From Octopus sinensis (lineage: Eukaryota), in NCBI RefSeq assembly GCF_006345805.1, contig NC_042998.1:51584001-51648000 (forward strand): 64,000 nt of DNA. Reading direction: 5' to 3'. Below are positions 25,810-39,961 of this stretch, in pieces. The translations under genes and the position numbers were made by a program. Under the pieces are notes generated by a model, which saw only the letters and a list, made by a program, of their open reading frames with translations, made no database searches and was not told the origin of the DNA. Position 1 is the stretch's first letter. The number at the start of each line of letters is the position of its first letter.

Positions 25810-26110
25810 TTGTTTGCAAGTAAAGGATGGTTTGAAAATTTCAAAAGGTGTCTTTAATTTGCGCAACAGTAACATTACAGGTGAACCGGCTAGTGATAAT
25901 GAAGAGGGTGCTACTCATATACTAAAGAAAATTATAACTGAAGGGGGCTATACATTAGAACAAGTGCACAATGTTTATGAAACTGAGTTTTCTCTTCAAG
26001 ACCATACCAACTAAGATTTATATTTCTGATAAGGAAAAAAAAAATCAGCAAAAGGTTTTATAACTTCAAAAATCGTCTGACGCTTCCTGAAGATATGCTG
26101 CTGGTGACAT
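25810..26110 (+). pseudogene. Tigger/pogo-like transposase fragment
   Basis: ASKGWFENFKR...ITGEPAS...KKIITEGGYTLEQVHNVYETE, matching the pogo/Tigger pattern ASxGWF...GExAS...GY...QVFNxDETG. Confidence 0.8.
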
Positions 26111-26279
26111 CACACACACACACACACACAGAGAAAAATGTTTCACTTTGTATCTTAAGCTTAATCTACCTGTCGTTTTGGCGTTCAAAGAAGCCTTTGA
26201 ATGGCTCAAGTCTTCTAAATCTGGTTTACTAGTTTACAAACGTTTTTTCCAGGTTGAAGAGAGGTACAATGCCTGTTAT

Positions 26280-27150
26280 AATATTGATTTCAAATTTTGG
26301 CACAGGGCCAGCAATTTGGGTGAGGAGGTAAGTCGATTATATCGACCCCACTGCACAACAGGTACTTATTTTGTCGATCCCAAAAGGATGAAAGACAAAG
26401 TCGACCTCAGCAGGATTTGAACTCAGAACGTTAAGTCGGAAGAAATGCCGCTAAGCATTTTTGCCGGTATCGTAACGATTCTGCCAGCTTGCCATCATAC
26501 ATGCACGTTGAAATATTGGTTTCAAGTTTTGGCACAAAGCCAGCAGGTTTTGGAGGAGGGGTTATGTCGACTAAATCGACCCCAGTGTTCAACTGGTGCT
26601 TATTTTATCGAATTCGAAAGGATGAAAGGCAAAGTTAACCTCGACGGAATTTGAAGTCTCAGCGTAGAGACGGACGAAAAATCATCGCTAAGCGTCTTGC
26701 TCGGCGTGTCTACGATTCTGTCATATTGGTTTTTATGTCAAGTTACAATAAAAACAATGACATTAGAATGAAGAATTATGCACTTTTTATGGAGTACATA
26801 TTTATTATTCTTTAGCGGAACTTGGACTCAGATTGTATTGACAGACGAAATGCCGCTAAGCATTTCACCCGGCATGCCCTCGATTCAGCCAGCTCACTGC
26901 CCTATATGCACGTTGTAATATTATCAAGCATGGGAAGGCCTGATGATGGAAAGGCCGCGAGCAAAATAAATGTTTTGCGGCAATCCAACCATCTTTACGA
27001 TCTGAATTCAAATCCGCCGAGGTCGACTTTGCCTTTCATCCTTTTGGGATCGATTAAATAAGTACCAATTGAGCACCGGGATCGTTGTAATGGACTTACC
27101 CACTCCTCCGAACTTTTTGGCCTTGTGGAAAAATTTGAAACCAATATTAT
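26280..27150. mobile_element. Cluster of degenerate SINE family A copies in both orientations
   Basis: Repeated GAAAGGCAAAGTCGACCTCG / TTTGAACTCAG motifs at about 26280-26490, 26510-26720, 26830-26900 (minus) and 26960-27150 (plus). Confidence 0.7.
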
Positions 27151-27409
27151 CAGGTATGGGCAACCTTTTTTCGAGAAGCCCGCAGCAGGAGGCATGGATC
27201 ATCATCTGGTGAGCTGCACTTCTAAAAACAATTCAAGATAATAAGTACCAGCTGAAAATAAGTTAAGGTCAGGAATTAAGCCAGCAACGAAGTGATGTCC
27301 CGTTCAGCGAAGCATCTTATATTCTCACTTGCTTAGACGCCACTGAAACCGGGATCAGTTCTGGCCGAATGACTTGTAAGCTTGAAACAGACTTTTTAAC
27401 TTTGCCATT

Positions 27410-27800
27410 CATTACCAGATTAGGTCCATTTGTGCTTTTGAGCGGCACGTCGAGCAGTCGGTAATTGTCAATTATCTCCGTCTCTGGTCAACTGGTATGC
27501 TTCTTCCCAGGTGATGTTCAGTCTGCGTAGGTCTTCTTTGAAGATACTACACCATGTCTTCCTTGGCCGGCCGCTTTTTCTCTTACTTTCCAACGGCATC
27601 CAGTCCATGGCTGTTTTGGCAAGCCTATTCTCTGGCAGTCTTAGTATGGGTTCAGCCATTCTCACTCGTCGTTCGGTTACAATTGCATGCAGGAACCTTA
27701 CTCTTGCTGCTTGGGGAATGGCTTGATTTGTCAGTCTGTCGCGATAAGTGATTCTTAATAACGTAACACAGTTATCTGTTCCTTTACATGAGTTTGTAAG
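27410..27800 (-). pseudogene. 3' fragment of an RTE-clade LINE
   Basis: LLRITYRD...RRVRMAEPILRLPENRLAKTAMDWMP...GRPRKTW...DLRRLNITWEEA is the typical RTE ORF C-terminus. Confidence 0.85.
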
Positions 27801-28211
27801 TCACCGTCGTAACTGCATCATAACATGCTCATCAATCTCGCTGGAAGAAAAATATGATGCGTGTTTCAGAGCTTCAGATGACTGTGTTATATAAACATTA
27901 CATAATACACGAAATAGCCTGTAGTCTGTAAACGCACATAAAGTAACAGTTTATCGTATGACGCACGTTTCATGTTGGTGGTTTTTTTTTCTTTAAATGT
28001 TAAAAACAATTAGCAGTAATATTTAATGTAAAAGGACTCAAATGAAATATAGTGTCTAAATAATTTATAAATCACAGAATTAGTGAGTGATTTGGACGAC
28101 AAATCTGCAATGTCACAATCACTTAGTATTTCTGAATAATAAATAAATCATGCATGTACGTATGTACGCGCGCACACACACACACGTGCAAGCACACATG
28201 AACGCACACAC

Positions 28212-28450
28212 ACACCACCACCGTCATCATCATCATTATTTAACGTCTGTTTTCCATGCTGGCATGGGTTGGACGGTTTGACTGAAGACTGGTAAGCTGG
28301 GGAGCTGCACCAGGCTCCAGTCTGATTTGGCACGGTTTCTACAACTGGATGCCCTTCCTAACGCCAACCACTCCAAGAGTGTAGTAGGTACTTTTTACGT
28401 GCCACTGTCGCGGGTGCCAGTTACGATACACCGGCATCAGCCACGACTGC
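28212..28450 (-). mobile_element. SINE-like family C with (GAT)n tail
   Basis: TTTCCATGCTGGCATGGGTTGGACG...GGATGCCCTTCCTAACGCCAACCACT; related copies at about 35840-35950, 60555-60800 and 63230-63350. Confidence 0.7.
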
Positions 28451-28473
28451 CATCTTATTTGGCTTTGGATGTA

Positions 28474-29557
28474 CAGTACCGAGCAAGAGCCTTCGACCAC
28501 TTTAAACTAATGTAAATTTCTACTAATTACCAACTTATAAGTGGATGTTTCGCATTGCGATTTTTACAGATGAAACATTGGCCCTGTTGGAGTCATTTCC
28601 ATACCTAATCATTATATTTTGTAATGGGGGTTCTGAATGAGAGGGGAAGATGCGAGATGGTCACCAAAAATAACCGTGCAAAAGTTTTCGGCCACCTCAC
28701 ATAAACCAATCAAGATACAGTGTTTCAAAACAGAAAAATATCTATAAGGAAAATTTATCATATAATGTTCATTTCAAGAAGTTACTGCACATTGTTGATA
28801 TTTCGTGTGGCTTCCCTTCGCTTGAATAATTGCTTCAATGCGCCTGAAAAGAGATGAATACAAAACCTTCACCATCTTCACGAGTATGAGATGTCATTCT
28901 CTGTGGCTGAGCCCCACAACTCTTCAAGACTGCGTGGATTCTTCTGACGAACTCTTCTCTTTAGTTCTGTCCACGTTTGCTCGATGATATTTAAGTCAGG
29001 GCAATACCTTCATCAGCCAGACTCTGTTGAGTTGAACGCGATCTGTGGCATGGAACACTGTCATGCTGAAAAATCTCACCTACATCCAAGTCTGGTATCA
29101 AATTGTCCTTCAACAACTGAATGGATTTGGTACTATTCAAGTTACCGTCAATTTCAACCAACTTTCTTGAACCATTACTTTTTATGCATCCCCAAATTAT
29201 CAAACTCTTACCCCGCAAACTTTGCTGTTATCGTCGTGTAACGTGGGTCGTTTCGCTTTCCTGGGGGTCTTCTGACAAATTCTCACTTACTAGACATTTT
29301 TCTGTTTCAAAAAACTGTATCTTGAACGGCTTATGTGAGGTATCCGAAACCTTTTGGCCATTTTTGGTGGTCGTCTCGCATCTTCCCTTCTCATTCAGAA
29401 CCCCTACTACAAAATATAACGATTACGTATGGAAATGATTCTAAGAGAGCCAATGTTTCATCTGTAGAAATTGCAATACAAAACATCCACTTATAAGCTG
29501 GCAATTAGTAGAAATTTACAATAGCTTAAAGTAGCCGAAGACTTTTTCACGGTACTG
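28474..29557 (-). mobile_element. Internally deleted Tc1 (DD34E) transposon with about 270-bp TIRs and TA TSD
   Basis: TA|CAGTACCG...CGGTACTG|TA; residual ORF IWGCI...FQHDSVPCH...PDLNIIE...AKGSHTKY. Confidence 0.9.
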
Positions 29558-30409
29558 TATACCATGTGTACGAGTGCGTGTATGTGTGAGCCCGCGCGTG
29601 TGTAACTAAATCTGGTGTTATATAAAGACATTATCATTGCAGTGGTTCATGTCAATGACAGTGTCAACTAAGGGAACGAGAGAAAGAAAGAGATAGAGGG
29701 AGGAAGAGAGAGGGGGTTGGAGACAGCAATAAATAAAACTCACTATCTCCATTATCACTATCTCGTTTAGCTTGGCTTTATAAAGCTATAAACCATGTTT
29801 GTACTGTCTTCACTGGACCTGCTCCAACTCACTTGCTTTTAGTTTGATTCGCCGAGATGAGCCTTCATTTCGTTTATTTTATTCTTCTTCTTGTTAACAT
29901 TGTTTTGTTATTTAGTTTTTGTCTTGTGTTTTATTGTCATATGTTTCTTTATATTTCGCCTTTTCCTTCATTTTTGTACGTTTCCCGCGTTGATTTTTTT
30001 CTCGTGTCTCTTACTTTCTTCAATTTTCTGTTTCCTTTCTTCGTTTTTATTTTCTCATTCTTCTTTTTTCTTTCTCCTATTTCTTCTAGTTCCCCATTTT
30101 TTATATCTTGTATTTCTATTTTCCTTCTAAGACCCCCTTATTCCCCGTTGTCATCGTTGTTGTTGTTGTTGGTGGTGGTGGTCTTCTTCTTCTTCTTATC
30201 ATCATTATTATTAGCATTCTTCTTGTCCACTTGCCCTTATTTATTTTTGCTTTCTTCTTCTTAGCCTTAACCTTCTATTTTTTCTCCTTTACCTCTTTTT
30301 TTTTACCCCCACCAACACCCCTCACTTTCTACAATTTTTTTTTTCTGTTTTATTGTCACATCTGCTGCAATAATCATAATATTTGTGTCATTTGTGCTAG
30401 ATTACAACA

Positions 30410-30478
<69 letters not shown>

Positions 30479-30760
30479 CACACATGTATGTGTGCATATA
30501 TATATACATATATAGTTTTCAGTGCGCAATTTTCATTTTGTTTATATATTTATTATAGACTCTTTCTTTTAGTTTATCTTTTGTTTTATCATAATATTTA
30601 TTTTTCACAGATTGGTGTCTCCTTCAGTTTCTCTACCTCTTTCTTTTACCTCTTTCTCCTTAAGTCTCCTCCATTGAAGAGTAACAGGAGTGAGCGTGCA
30701 ATGAGAAAGAGAAGAGTCATAGGGGCAAAAAAATAAAAACAGCGGGAGGAGTAAATAGCG

Positions 30761-30794
<34 letters not shown>

Positions 30795-31990
30795 GCGGAG
30801 GGAGGAATAGAGAGAGAGAGAGAGAAAAAGGACTGTTAACAGTGTACAAACTTATCACCAGGGTGACAAAGAAATTATTGTTAACGTATGAGGAATGGTT
30901 ACAGGCGTAGGGAGAGTTACGAGTATGAAAAGCTGTACCGGTCCGCTTAGCTTTATAGATAAGAGCCAGCAGCTGCCATTGAGAGTAATAGAAGATAAGT
31001 GAGACCGGAGTGGATGACGTGGGGTGAAAGCTTTCTAGAAGTAACTATAAAACCATCATTTGACGAAGTGGGTGGAGATAGACAGGCCATTTTGTTGCAA
31101 TATGTACTCAGAACCGACTGGATCTTTGAAGCAGTTTTATAGTGATGAGATGTGCAATGGACGGACACGCTGGAAAGCAATGATTTCAGGTTGACCTTCT
31201 TCAAGAAGCTGATCGCAGACATAACTGACAACAGTAAGCGCGTGTATGTGTGTGTGTGTGTGTGTGTATCGTTGCTATTATGTTAAACTGTCGTATGTCC
31301 AAATTTGACCAAATGCGTTTCTTTTCAATATTTGTTTTTGCTTGCAATAGCCGATTCTTTTGGTCAAACTATCGTATCTCCAGCTGCTTCAGATGCCAAT
31401 GTATCAAAAATGATCAAAGTGTAGTACAACGGTTTTTGCTATGAAGTAGTGAAACTATTTTGTTTCGTTTTCTGAAAAATTAACATTTTGGACTTACGAC
31501 AATAGCAATGGTACATACATACATACATACATACATACATACATACATACATACATACATACATACATACATACATACATACACACATATCACTGGAAAA
31601 TAAGAAAATGGAGATATAGCATTTAGCAGAGATTTATTATTTGCAAAAATCAAACGCATTCCTTTACAGCTGTTTCAAATAAGCCCCAAAAAGATTAAAT
31701 ATTATTAAAATCATTTTGGCGGGCAAAAATTCTTCATAGTAGTAGGAAAAGATATAACCTTAAGATTTTTATGTCGTACACTTAGTTGCGTTAACAAAGA
31801 GATGTGGGTTCGAGTCCCACGCGGATAGGAAAGCCTTTTTTTCTGCCGAGGGGTCCCGTTATTAGACTATTTTCCTTAGTCATTGCACGGTGATCGCCAT
31901 AAGTTTTAAGCTTATATAAAAATACCATTATTATTATTTACAGGATTGTAAAATACGGCGCCGTAACAAAAAAAAATTCACACCGAAAGC

Positions 31991-32016
<26 letters not shown>

Positions 32017-32021
<5 letters not shown>

Positions 32022-32570
32022 AATACATAACTGGTACTAATTTTATTGACTCCGAAAGGACGAAAGGCAAAGTCAGCCTCGAGGGAATTCAAACTCAAAA
32101 CCTAACGCCAGGCGAAATACCTATTTCTTTACTACCCTCAAGGGGCTAAACACAGAAAGGACAAACAAGGACAGACAAACGGATTAAGTCGATTATATCG
32201 ACCCCAGTGCGTAACTGGTACTTATTTAATCGACCCCGGAAGGATGAAAGGCAAAATCGACCTCGGCGGAATTTGAACTCAGAACGTAGCGGCATACGAA
32301 ATACCTCTAAGCATTTCGCCCGGCGTACTAACGATTCTTATTTCTTTACTGCCCACAAGGGGCTAAACATAGAGGAGACAAACAAGGACAGACAAAGAGA
32401 TTAAGTCGATTGCATCGACTCCAGTGCGTAACTGGTACTTATTTAATCGACCTCGAAAGGATGAAATGCTGAGTCGACCTCGGCGGAATTTGAACACAGA
32501 ACGTAAAGACAGACGAAATACTGCTAAGCATTTCGCCCGGCGTGCTAACGTTTCTGCCAGCTCGCCGCCT
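32017..32570 (-). mobile_element. SINE family A head-to-tail trimer
   Basis: Three successive bodies (GAAAGG...GGCAAA...CTCG) with one head at about 32570. Confidence 0.85.
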
Positions 32571-32824
32571 TAATATAATATAATAAATATAATATAATAA
32601 ACGTGAACTTTACTCCTAGAGGCCGTATCCCAACATATCAAACCATCAGGCTGACTCTGCGAGTAAATTAAAAACATTTCATAATCCTGAAATTTTGGAT
32701 TCCCAAGTTTTCATTACTGTGACTGTTTCGGCAATTTTTTTACAATTTTTTAAAGGCTAACTCCGTGAGTAAATTAAAAACATTCCGGGCCGAATCCGGG
32801 CTACACACACACACATGCCCGACA

Positions 32825-33348
32825 TTTTTCCACGTGAGTTCCGGACCCCAGTAATGAACTCATTTGCATACAGCCAATCAGAGCTCACCTTGACCTTGTT
32901 ATCAAGTTAAACACAATCTACCAAGTAAACGCAAGATAAAGAACAGTGTTGTAAGTCGACGGATCACCGAGATATGCCTGATTTTAGAAGGAAGCAAGTA
33001 TTAGATAGATTTGCATCTATACCTATAATCGGATTTTGCTGGGGCCCCGTATGGTAAAGATGTGGATGGAAAAAATGTGGGTAGAGGGTGATATGCTAGC
33101 AACCCCCTCCCCTTACTGCTTTACAAAGTAAACAACAACACAAATAACTACACAGAGGCAGCCATGGTTGAAACAAGAACAAGAAGCATTATTAAAAGAG
33201 GAAAGAAGCATGGTCATTCCTTACTCAAGTGACCTTATCTTATCGCCCATCACTTGTTATGCACTCATAAATTAGTTTGGTAGTTGAGCTCTGATTGGCT
33301 GCATGCAAATGAGTTCATACCTGGGGCTCGGAACGCTCGTGGGAAAAA
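32825..33348. mobile_element. MITE with about 63-bp imperfect TIRs
   Basis: GAACTCATTTGCATACAGCCAATCAGAGCTCA mirrors TGAGCTCTGATTGGCTGCATGCAAATGAGTTC. Confidence 0.7.
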
Positions 33349-33624
33349 AAATTTCGCTACCCAGCCCACTCATCTCGAGTCAGGTGCTGTCACTGGAAGC
33401 AAACAGAAACTTGGAAAACGATTGATTTCCAAAGACTTGGATTAATTCTCTGTCCTGCACTTGAATATCCAATAGTCGGTCGATTTAACCCTGTTTTTAT
33501 ATAGCGATGTGGAAGGAATAAAAATAACGTATCGTACATTTTATCAGTATGGCTAAAATATCCGTGATAGATAGTTTTGAGGGTTAGCAAATGTCCTATG
33601 CCATTTTAAGACGTAACTACACCG

Positions 33625-34065
33625 AGCAGTTACCCAGGGGCTTCGTGAGTTTAGAGGCCTAATTCTGATCTATAAATATTGTGGCTTGCTGTTAATTAAA
33701 TGAATACTATAGGGCCTTCTGCATTGATTTGCTCAGAAGCTTCAAGATTTGGAGGCTCAATTCTGATCGATGTATGCTTTGGCTTTTGAGCCTACTGCAC
33801 TGAGTTTGAGCCTACTGCATTGACTTTCTGTCAATAAATACTATAGGGCCCAGGGTATTGATTTGCCTAGGGGCTTCATGGGTTTTCGAGCCCAATTTTG
33901 ATCTATGTATGCTGTGGCTGGCTGTCAATAAATACTATAGGGACCAGGGCATTGATTTTCCTGGGGGCCTCGTGGGTTTTCGGACCTAATTTTGATCGAT
34001 GTATGCTATGACTGGTTGTCAGTAAATAAATACTAAAGGTCCCAGAGCATTGATTTTCTCATGGG
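33625..34065. repeat. Degenerate tandem array, about 95-bp unit
   Basis: AATACTATAGGG..C...GCATTGATTT recurs at about 33703, 33837, 33931 and 34029. Confidence 0.8.
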
Positions 34066-34329
34066 CCAATGATATTGCTATGACAACCTTGTCAATGTCC
34101 ACATACTCGTAGATATAAAACATGTAAGCTTATATGCAGTCGCTCAATAGCAGGCAAACCAGAAAGGAAACGACACATTTGATAATGTAGAGCAACATGC
34201 ACTGTGTTCCTAGCAAGGTGGATGATGGTAACTGAAACATCTAACTGAAACATCATCGATTTATTGGGTCGGGGAAGACCTGGGGCTAAATAATCCTTTC
34301 TGTTATAAGCACAACGCCTGAAATTCGGG

Positions 34330-34808
34330 GGAGAGGGCTAGTTGATGCAACAATAACAACAACCACGACGACATCAACATCATCATTATCGTCGCCAATC
34401 ACCACAACTTCCACCATCACCACCATCACTATCTTCATCCACATCATCCTCATCACCATTACCATCATCATCACCACTACCACCACCATCACTATCACTA
34501 TCACCACCACCACCACCACCACCACCACTACCACCATCAGTATCACCATCACCACCACTACCCCCACCATAATCATCATCGTCATCACCTCCACTACCAC
34601 CGTCATTGTCATCAACACCACCACTACCATCACTACCACCACCATCATCATCGTCATCATTATCACCAGCACCACCACTACCGTCACCATCATCATCGTT
34701 ACCAACACAGCCATCATTATCATCTGCACCACCAGCAACATGACCACTACCATCATCACCATCACCACCACTACCGCCAACATCATAATCACCACCACCA
34801 CCACCACC

Positions 34809-34872
<64 letters not shown>

Positions 34873-34915
34873 CCACCACCACCACCACCACCACCACCAC
34901 CACCACACCACCACC
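34330..34915. repeat. (CAT/CAC)n compound trinucleotide repeat
   Basis: Direct reading; it accounts for the poly-V/M ORF. Confidence 0.95.
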
Positions 34916-35397
34916 CAAAAGAGTAACACTTACGGAAAGAAATTAATATCTAAAGGACCAATAATGCTTTAAGTAAACTAAATTATACAACACTACAAAA
35001 ACACTTTCAAACGCTGCCGAAAGCCATCCAGATCAATAAAAACAAACCACAGAGAAAGTATTATTCCATAAATAAAATGTACTCTGTCGGAAGACTTACG
35101 ATGAATACGTTATCAAAGTGTCATCAAACAGCGTATAACATTGCACTGCGTTCAATCGTGAAGTCAGATAAATAATTTATAACCAATACATAAAAATGTG
35201 AAACGCCATCAACTACAAACCACTAATATGTAAGCCGTGAATAAATTTCGAATTGCTTTTGTTATTTGCAAATTTTCAGTGCAAACATGAAAGTTTTATA
35301 AAACTTCGGGATTTTAGAATAATGGACGGAACCGACAAAGACATTCGTCCGCACACACGCACACACGCACGCACGCACACTCACACACACACACACA

Positions 35398-35441
<44 letters not shown>

Positions 35442-35496
35442 TCACTCAAGCACCCACCCGATGATCTCCACAGAATCTAGTATTGCAGATATTTCC

Positions 35497-35571
<75 letters not shown>

Positions 35572-35572
35572 G

Positions 35573-35608
<36 letters not shown>

Positions 35609-36027
35609 CACACACACATATACATAATACATACATACATACATACATACAGACAGACAGACATACACATATATACATACATATACATATATATAAATAC
35701 ATATACATATATATATTACATACATCTTATGCCTAAGATCAATATCAAATTCATATAAATGCATATACATACGTACATATAAATACATATAGATAAATGC
35801 GCGCGCGCGTGTGTGAGTGTGTGTGTGTGTGTGTGTGTGTAGCTCATCCAGTCAAAGAAACCATGCCAAATCAGACTGGAACCTGGTGCAGCTCTCCAGC
35901 TTACCGTCTAACCCTTGCCAGCATGGAAAGCAGACGCTACATGATGATGATGGTGGTGGTGGTGGTGGTGGTGGTGTGTGTGTGTGTGTGTGTGTTTGTA
36001 TATACATACATATATGTGCACGCTCGC

Positions 36028-36079
<52 letters not shown>

Positions 36080-38329
36080 CGCACACGCACACACATGCAC
36101 ACGCGCGCGCATTTGATTTTAAAGAACGGGAGATACGGGAACCATGGTGCTTGTGAAAATGGGAAAAGAAAAGAAATTTTTTTTAAAGTTATAAACTGGA
36201 GTGGAGGATAATATGAATTTACAGCCAGTTGAATGGAAAGAGAAAGGACAAATGCATAGCTTGTAATATTCCAAATATATTACATAACATTGGTTAATTC
36301 TTCGAGATACAAATCGTTTTATGATATGAAAAAGCCAAGAAAAAAAGTCACATCGGAAAAGAAAACGGCATACAAGAAAATTCAGAGAAAAAGTGCAGCT
36401 TACAAGAACGTCTGCATAACTTGTGTGTTACTCAACGGGAGAACCATATGATTGTGGCTGTGTTTCTTCGCGGCGTCGACTGGTATATTCGTCTGCGTAA
36501 AATACCATGTTAAGCTTTTAAAAAATATAGAAGTAGCTACATAATCTTAATTCAATGCCGAGACAATTTGTTAAACTTGACAAGTAATACAGAAAAACCT
36601 TCAAATATACATTACAAGTAGACACAAGAACTAGACAATGGAAGAAGCTTCATTCGTCCGTAAAAATGAAGCAGAATACGAAATTTTACTGTAGAATACA
36701 GCTGGCAATTGTTTTACAGTTTTAACTTTTCTATGATAGAAATATATATAAAGATGGAGTAACTTTACATTAAGGAGTGGAACGTACATTTTTCTGTAAG
36801 TCATACTGACTCATGGCCCCAGCAGACAAAATGGAAAAGGCGGAGGATGGCGATGGAGATGCACTGGAACAAGCACTCTGACTCACAGGGTTCACACTTG
36901 CAGACAGACATCTCCGTCCCGATAGCAGTGAGTAGGGATATGGTCCGGAAGCCGAGAAACCCCAAGGTCTTCGTCATCCACATTGAAAATATTGAATATA
37001 CATGTAATGCTATGATCACGATACTATGCTAAGGTGTTTTCAGTCTGTAACTGTCACGTATTGTCAATAAATGACTGGCATTTTTTTTTTGCCTCATTGT
37101 GCTTGCTTAAGAAATTGTTTAAAGATTTTTTTTTATCACATATCTGTAATGCCATCATAAATTAAATTGTGTACCGTCAGTTAAATAAGTTAAAATATAT
37201 TTGTTTTATTACTTCAATCGTTCATAGGATTTATATGAAATGTAACTTTTTTCTATGACATTTTTCGTGACTTTTTTCCGGACACCCATATGAAATAGAG
37301 GTACAGTAATAATATTCAGACATTTTTTTGATTTTTTTAATTGTAATTTATTTACTCAGAACGGATGCCGGAATAATAATGAATAATTGTTCGAAGTTAC
37401 GAAGATCAGGCTCAATACAGTATTTACGCAATGGTTTCATTAAGCCCACAGTGTTGACGTAAGCGTTTGAGTGGTATATGTATCTTTAAATCAGGCAAGC
37501 TTTTTCACTCACTGCCTTAGCCAAAGGTACTTTTCTTGAAAGTTCAAAAAAGAAAGTATAGGAAGCAATGAAAAAAATATATGAAAAGCAGGTGACGAAT
37601 GTAGATCAAAAATAAAAACAAAACGTGTATGAAAGCCAATACCGGCTGTGGATTTGGTATTGTTCCATTCGAGTAAAAGGCAAGGCTATAATGTCTAAAG
37701 GTTCATTCTGTTATACAATAGAATAACCGGTTTGGGTTTCAGGTAATTAGCCTGTTTGTTGCCGGAATGTATGCGGATAAGGATTGTGCTTGAAAGATTG
37801 TAATTTGGATTTTCTTGTGTGCAAACAGGTAGAGAACGATCTGTTCCACGATTTAAGACGTAAACTGGCAGGATTAATATCTTAACTTTGTCAGTTGCAC
37901 ACAAATTGTAAAGGCTGTTGCGTGCTTTGTACGCGATTGCTTCTACGACTATGCTCCACTTCATTGTAGAGTTTTTTAGATCGCGATATTTCAATTCCCA
38001 AATGGGCTTAAAGAAGTGGATTTGCGTTTGTTATTGTTTCTGAACAAGTTGTTATGCTATTTGTACAAAATATTACTTTCAAATTTTGGCATAAGGCCAG
38101 TATGATCGGGGAGGGGGGGGGGGGTGAGTCGATTACATCGACCCCAGGGCTCAAATGGTACTTATTTTATCGACCCCAAATAGATGAAAGACAGAGTCAA
38201 CCTCAGCGGAATTTAAACTCAGACCGTAAAAACGGACGAAATGCCGTTAAGCATTTTGCCCGGTGTGTTAACAATTCTGCTAGCTCACAGCCTTTTATAT
38301 ACTAAATATTGAATGAATTTTCGGACAGC

Positions 38330-39410
38330 TTGAACATATCTTTCCGATGAGTCATAAAATGAAAATATAAAATTGAATTGAAAGCTTCAGCCCATATAAA
38401 AGCCGTATCTAACGTATCTAAAGATTACCATAATTATTCTATATGGAACCAAATCTTCCATATAAAATCAGCAGCTCGAAAAGGGAACTAGGAGCTGCCA
38501 ACAAAAACATACTACATCCTATAAATTAAAAAAAAAAATCATTGCCCAGTCAAATCGCAACACTGCTGGTATCAACTGGTTGAATATTGATTAAAAACAA
38601 ATTAGGCGGCGAGCTGGCAGAAACGTTAGCACGCCGGGCGAAATGCTTAGTAGTATTTTGTCTGGCGCTACGTTCTGAGTTCAAATTCCACCGAGGTCGA
38701 CTTTGCCTTTCATCCTTTTGGGGTCGATAAATTAAGTACCAGTTACGCACTGGGGTCGATGTAATCGACTGAATCCCTTTGTCTGTCCTTGTTTGTCCCT
38801 TCTACGCTTAGCCTCTTGTGGGCAATAAAGAAATAATTATTAAAAACAAATCCATCTGTTGTTCCACCCAGTTTGATTTTTGTGGGGTTTTACCTATCTA
38901 TTTCTAAAAGTCATCTCCTGCAAACCCTAGAGTTTAGGAAATGTACATCACGATAGGCACGTTCATATCAATATAATAAAGAATGCTGAAGAGGTCACTG
39001 TTAAATTATGTTGACTGCTTGGGTTAAGAGACATAGAATAAAGTTCTGGGGTGTATTTAGGGATTAACTATAGTGGTGTCGAGAAACTGAATCGCGTCGA
39101 TCTGTTTTTACTCTACACAATGACAAATAGAATGAAAATGGGATTACAGAGATGTAATAGGTTCAACATGAGAAAACTTAGAAAAATGTTTGTTAATATG
39201 TTCAACAGTTTGATCGAGAAATCGCGATAAATGCATTATTGAAAATAGCAGATTTCCTAAGCAAAACTTTAAATCTAAACACAAATTTCATCCTTGCCAG
39301 AAACCGAATAAAGAAGCTGTATATATTAATACAAATTCTAAGCACCCGTCTATAATTGTTGAGCACATCACCACCAACAAGTAGACGAATTCCTAATATA
39401 TCTTTTAAAC
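38330..39410 (+). pseudogene. Degenerate Penelope-like element RT, 5' part (interrupted by a SINE at 38603-38838)
   Basis: Frame-hopping translation gives YLTYLKDYHN, SKRELGAANKNIL..IN, RNTAGINW, QFD..FYLSIS, NYSGVE...[25 protein letters not shown]. These match PLE RT motifs (ITLKDHK, KSELG.ISK.IL, QFDI..FYPSI, MGSYDGAE, GLYRDD, YKPY.KPN...YIN..SNHP). Confidence 0.75.
38603..38838 (+). mobile_element. SINE family A, full length, 13-bp TSD
   Basis: TSD ATTAAAAACAAAT at 38590-38602 and 38839-38851. Confidence 0.9.
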
Positions 39411-39799
39411 ATAACTTTAAATATAAACACAGATATTATCCATACCACAAACCGAATGAAGAAATTATGCGTGTGTGTGAGTGCGCGCGCGTATATGTAT
39501 GTGTGTGTATATATGTAGATGTATGTATATATATGTATGTATATATGTATGTATATATGTATATGTATATATGTATATATATATGTATATATACAGTATA
39601 TATATATACATATATATATATACATTCATATATTTACATATATATATACACATATATATACATATATATATATATACATGTATATATATATACATATATA
39701 TACATATATACATATACATATATATATATAATATACATACATATATATACATACATATACATACATGTATATATTATACATACATATATATACATACAT

Positions 39800-39834
<35 letters not shown>

Positions 39835-39961
39835 CTTTGATACTTTGATACTTTGATAGGTTTCGGCCATTATTGGCCCAGGCCATGTCTAACTTAATAG
39901 CACCACCTGGTGAAGTCTTTCAAGTCAGAATTTGGGCACTATGGCCCACTCAAGTAGAGAG

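Noticed and set aside
29857-30476. Hydrophobic Phe/Leu-rich ORFs resembling membrane proteins
   Set aside because: They come from pyrimidine-rich low-complexity sequence.
30953-31231. 92-aa ORF or possible exon in unique sequence
   Set aside because: No recognisable motif; the candidate splice pairs on the plus strand give stops or lack a good acceptor.
34286-34918. 210-aa Val/Met-rich ORF
   Set aside because: It is a translation of a (CAT/CAC)n repeat.
39860-39890. Hammerhead at the CR1 3' end (GGCC...GGCCGAAAC)
   Set aside because: It lacks CUGANGA and is better explained as the usual CR1/L2 3' stem-loop.
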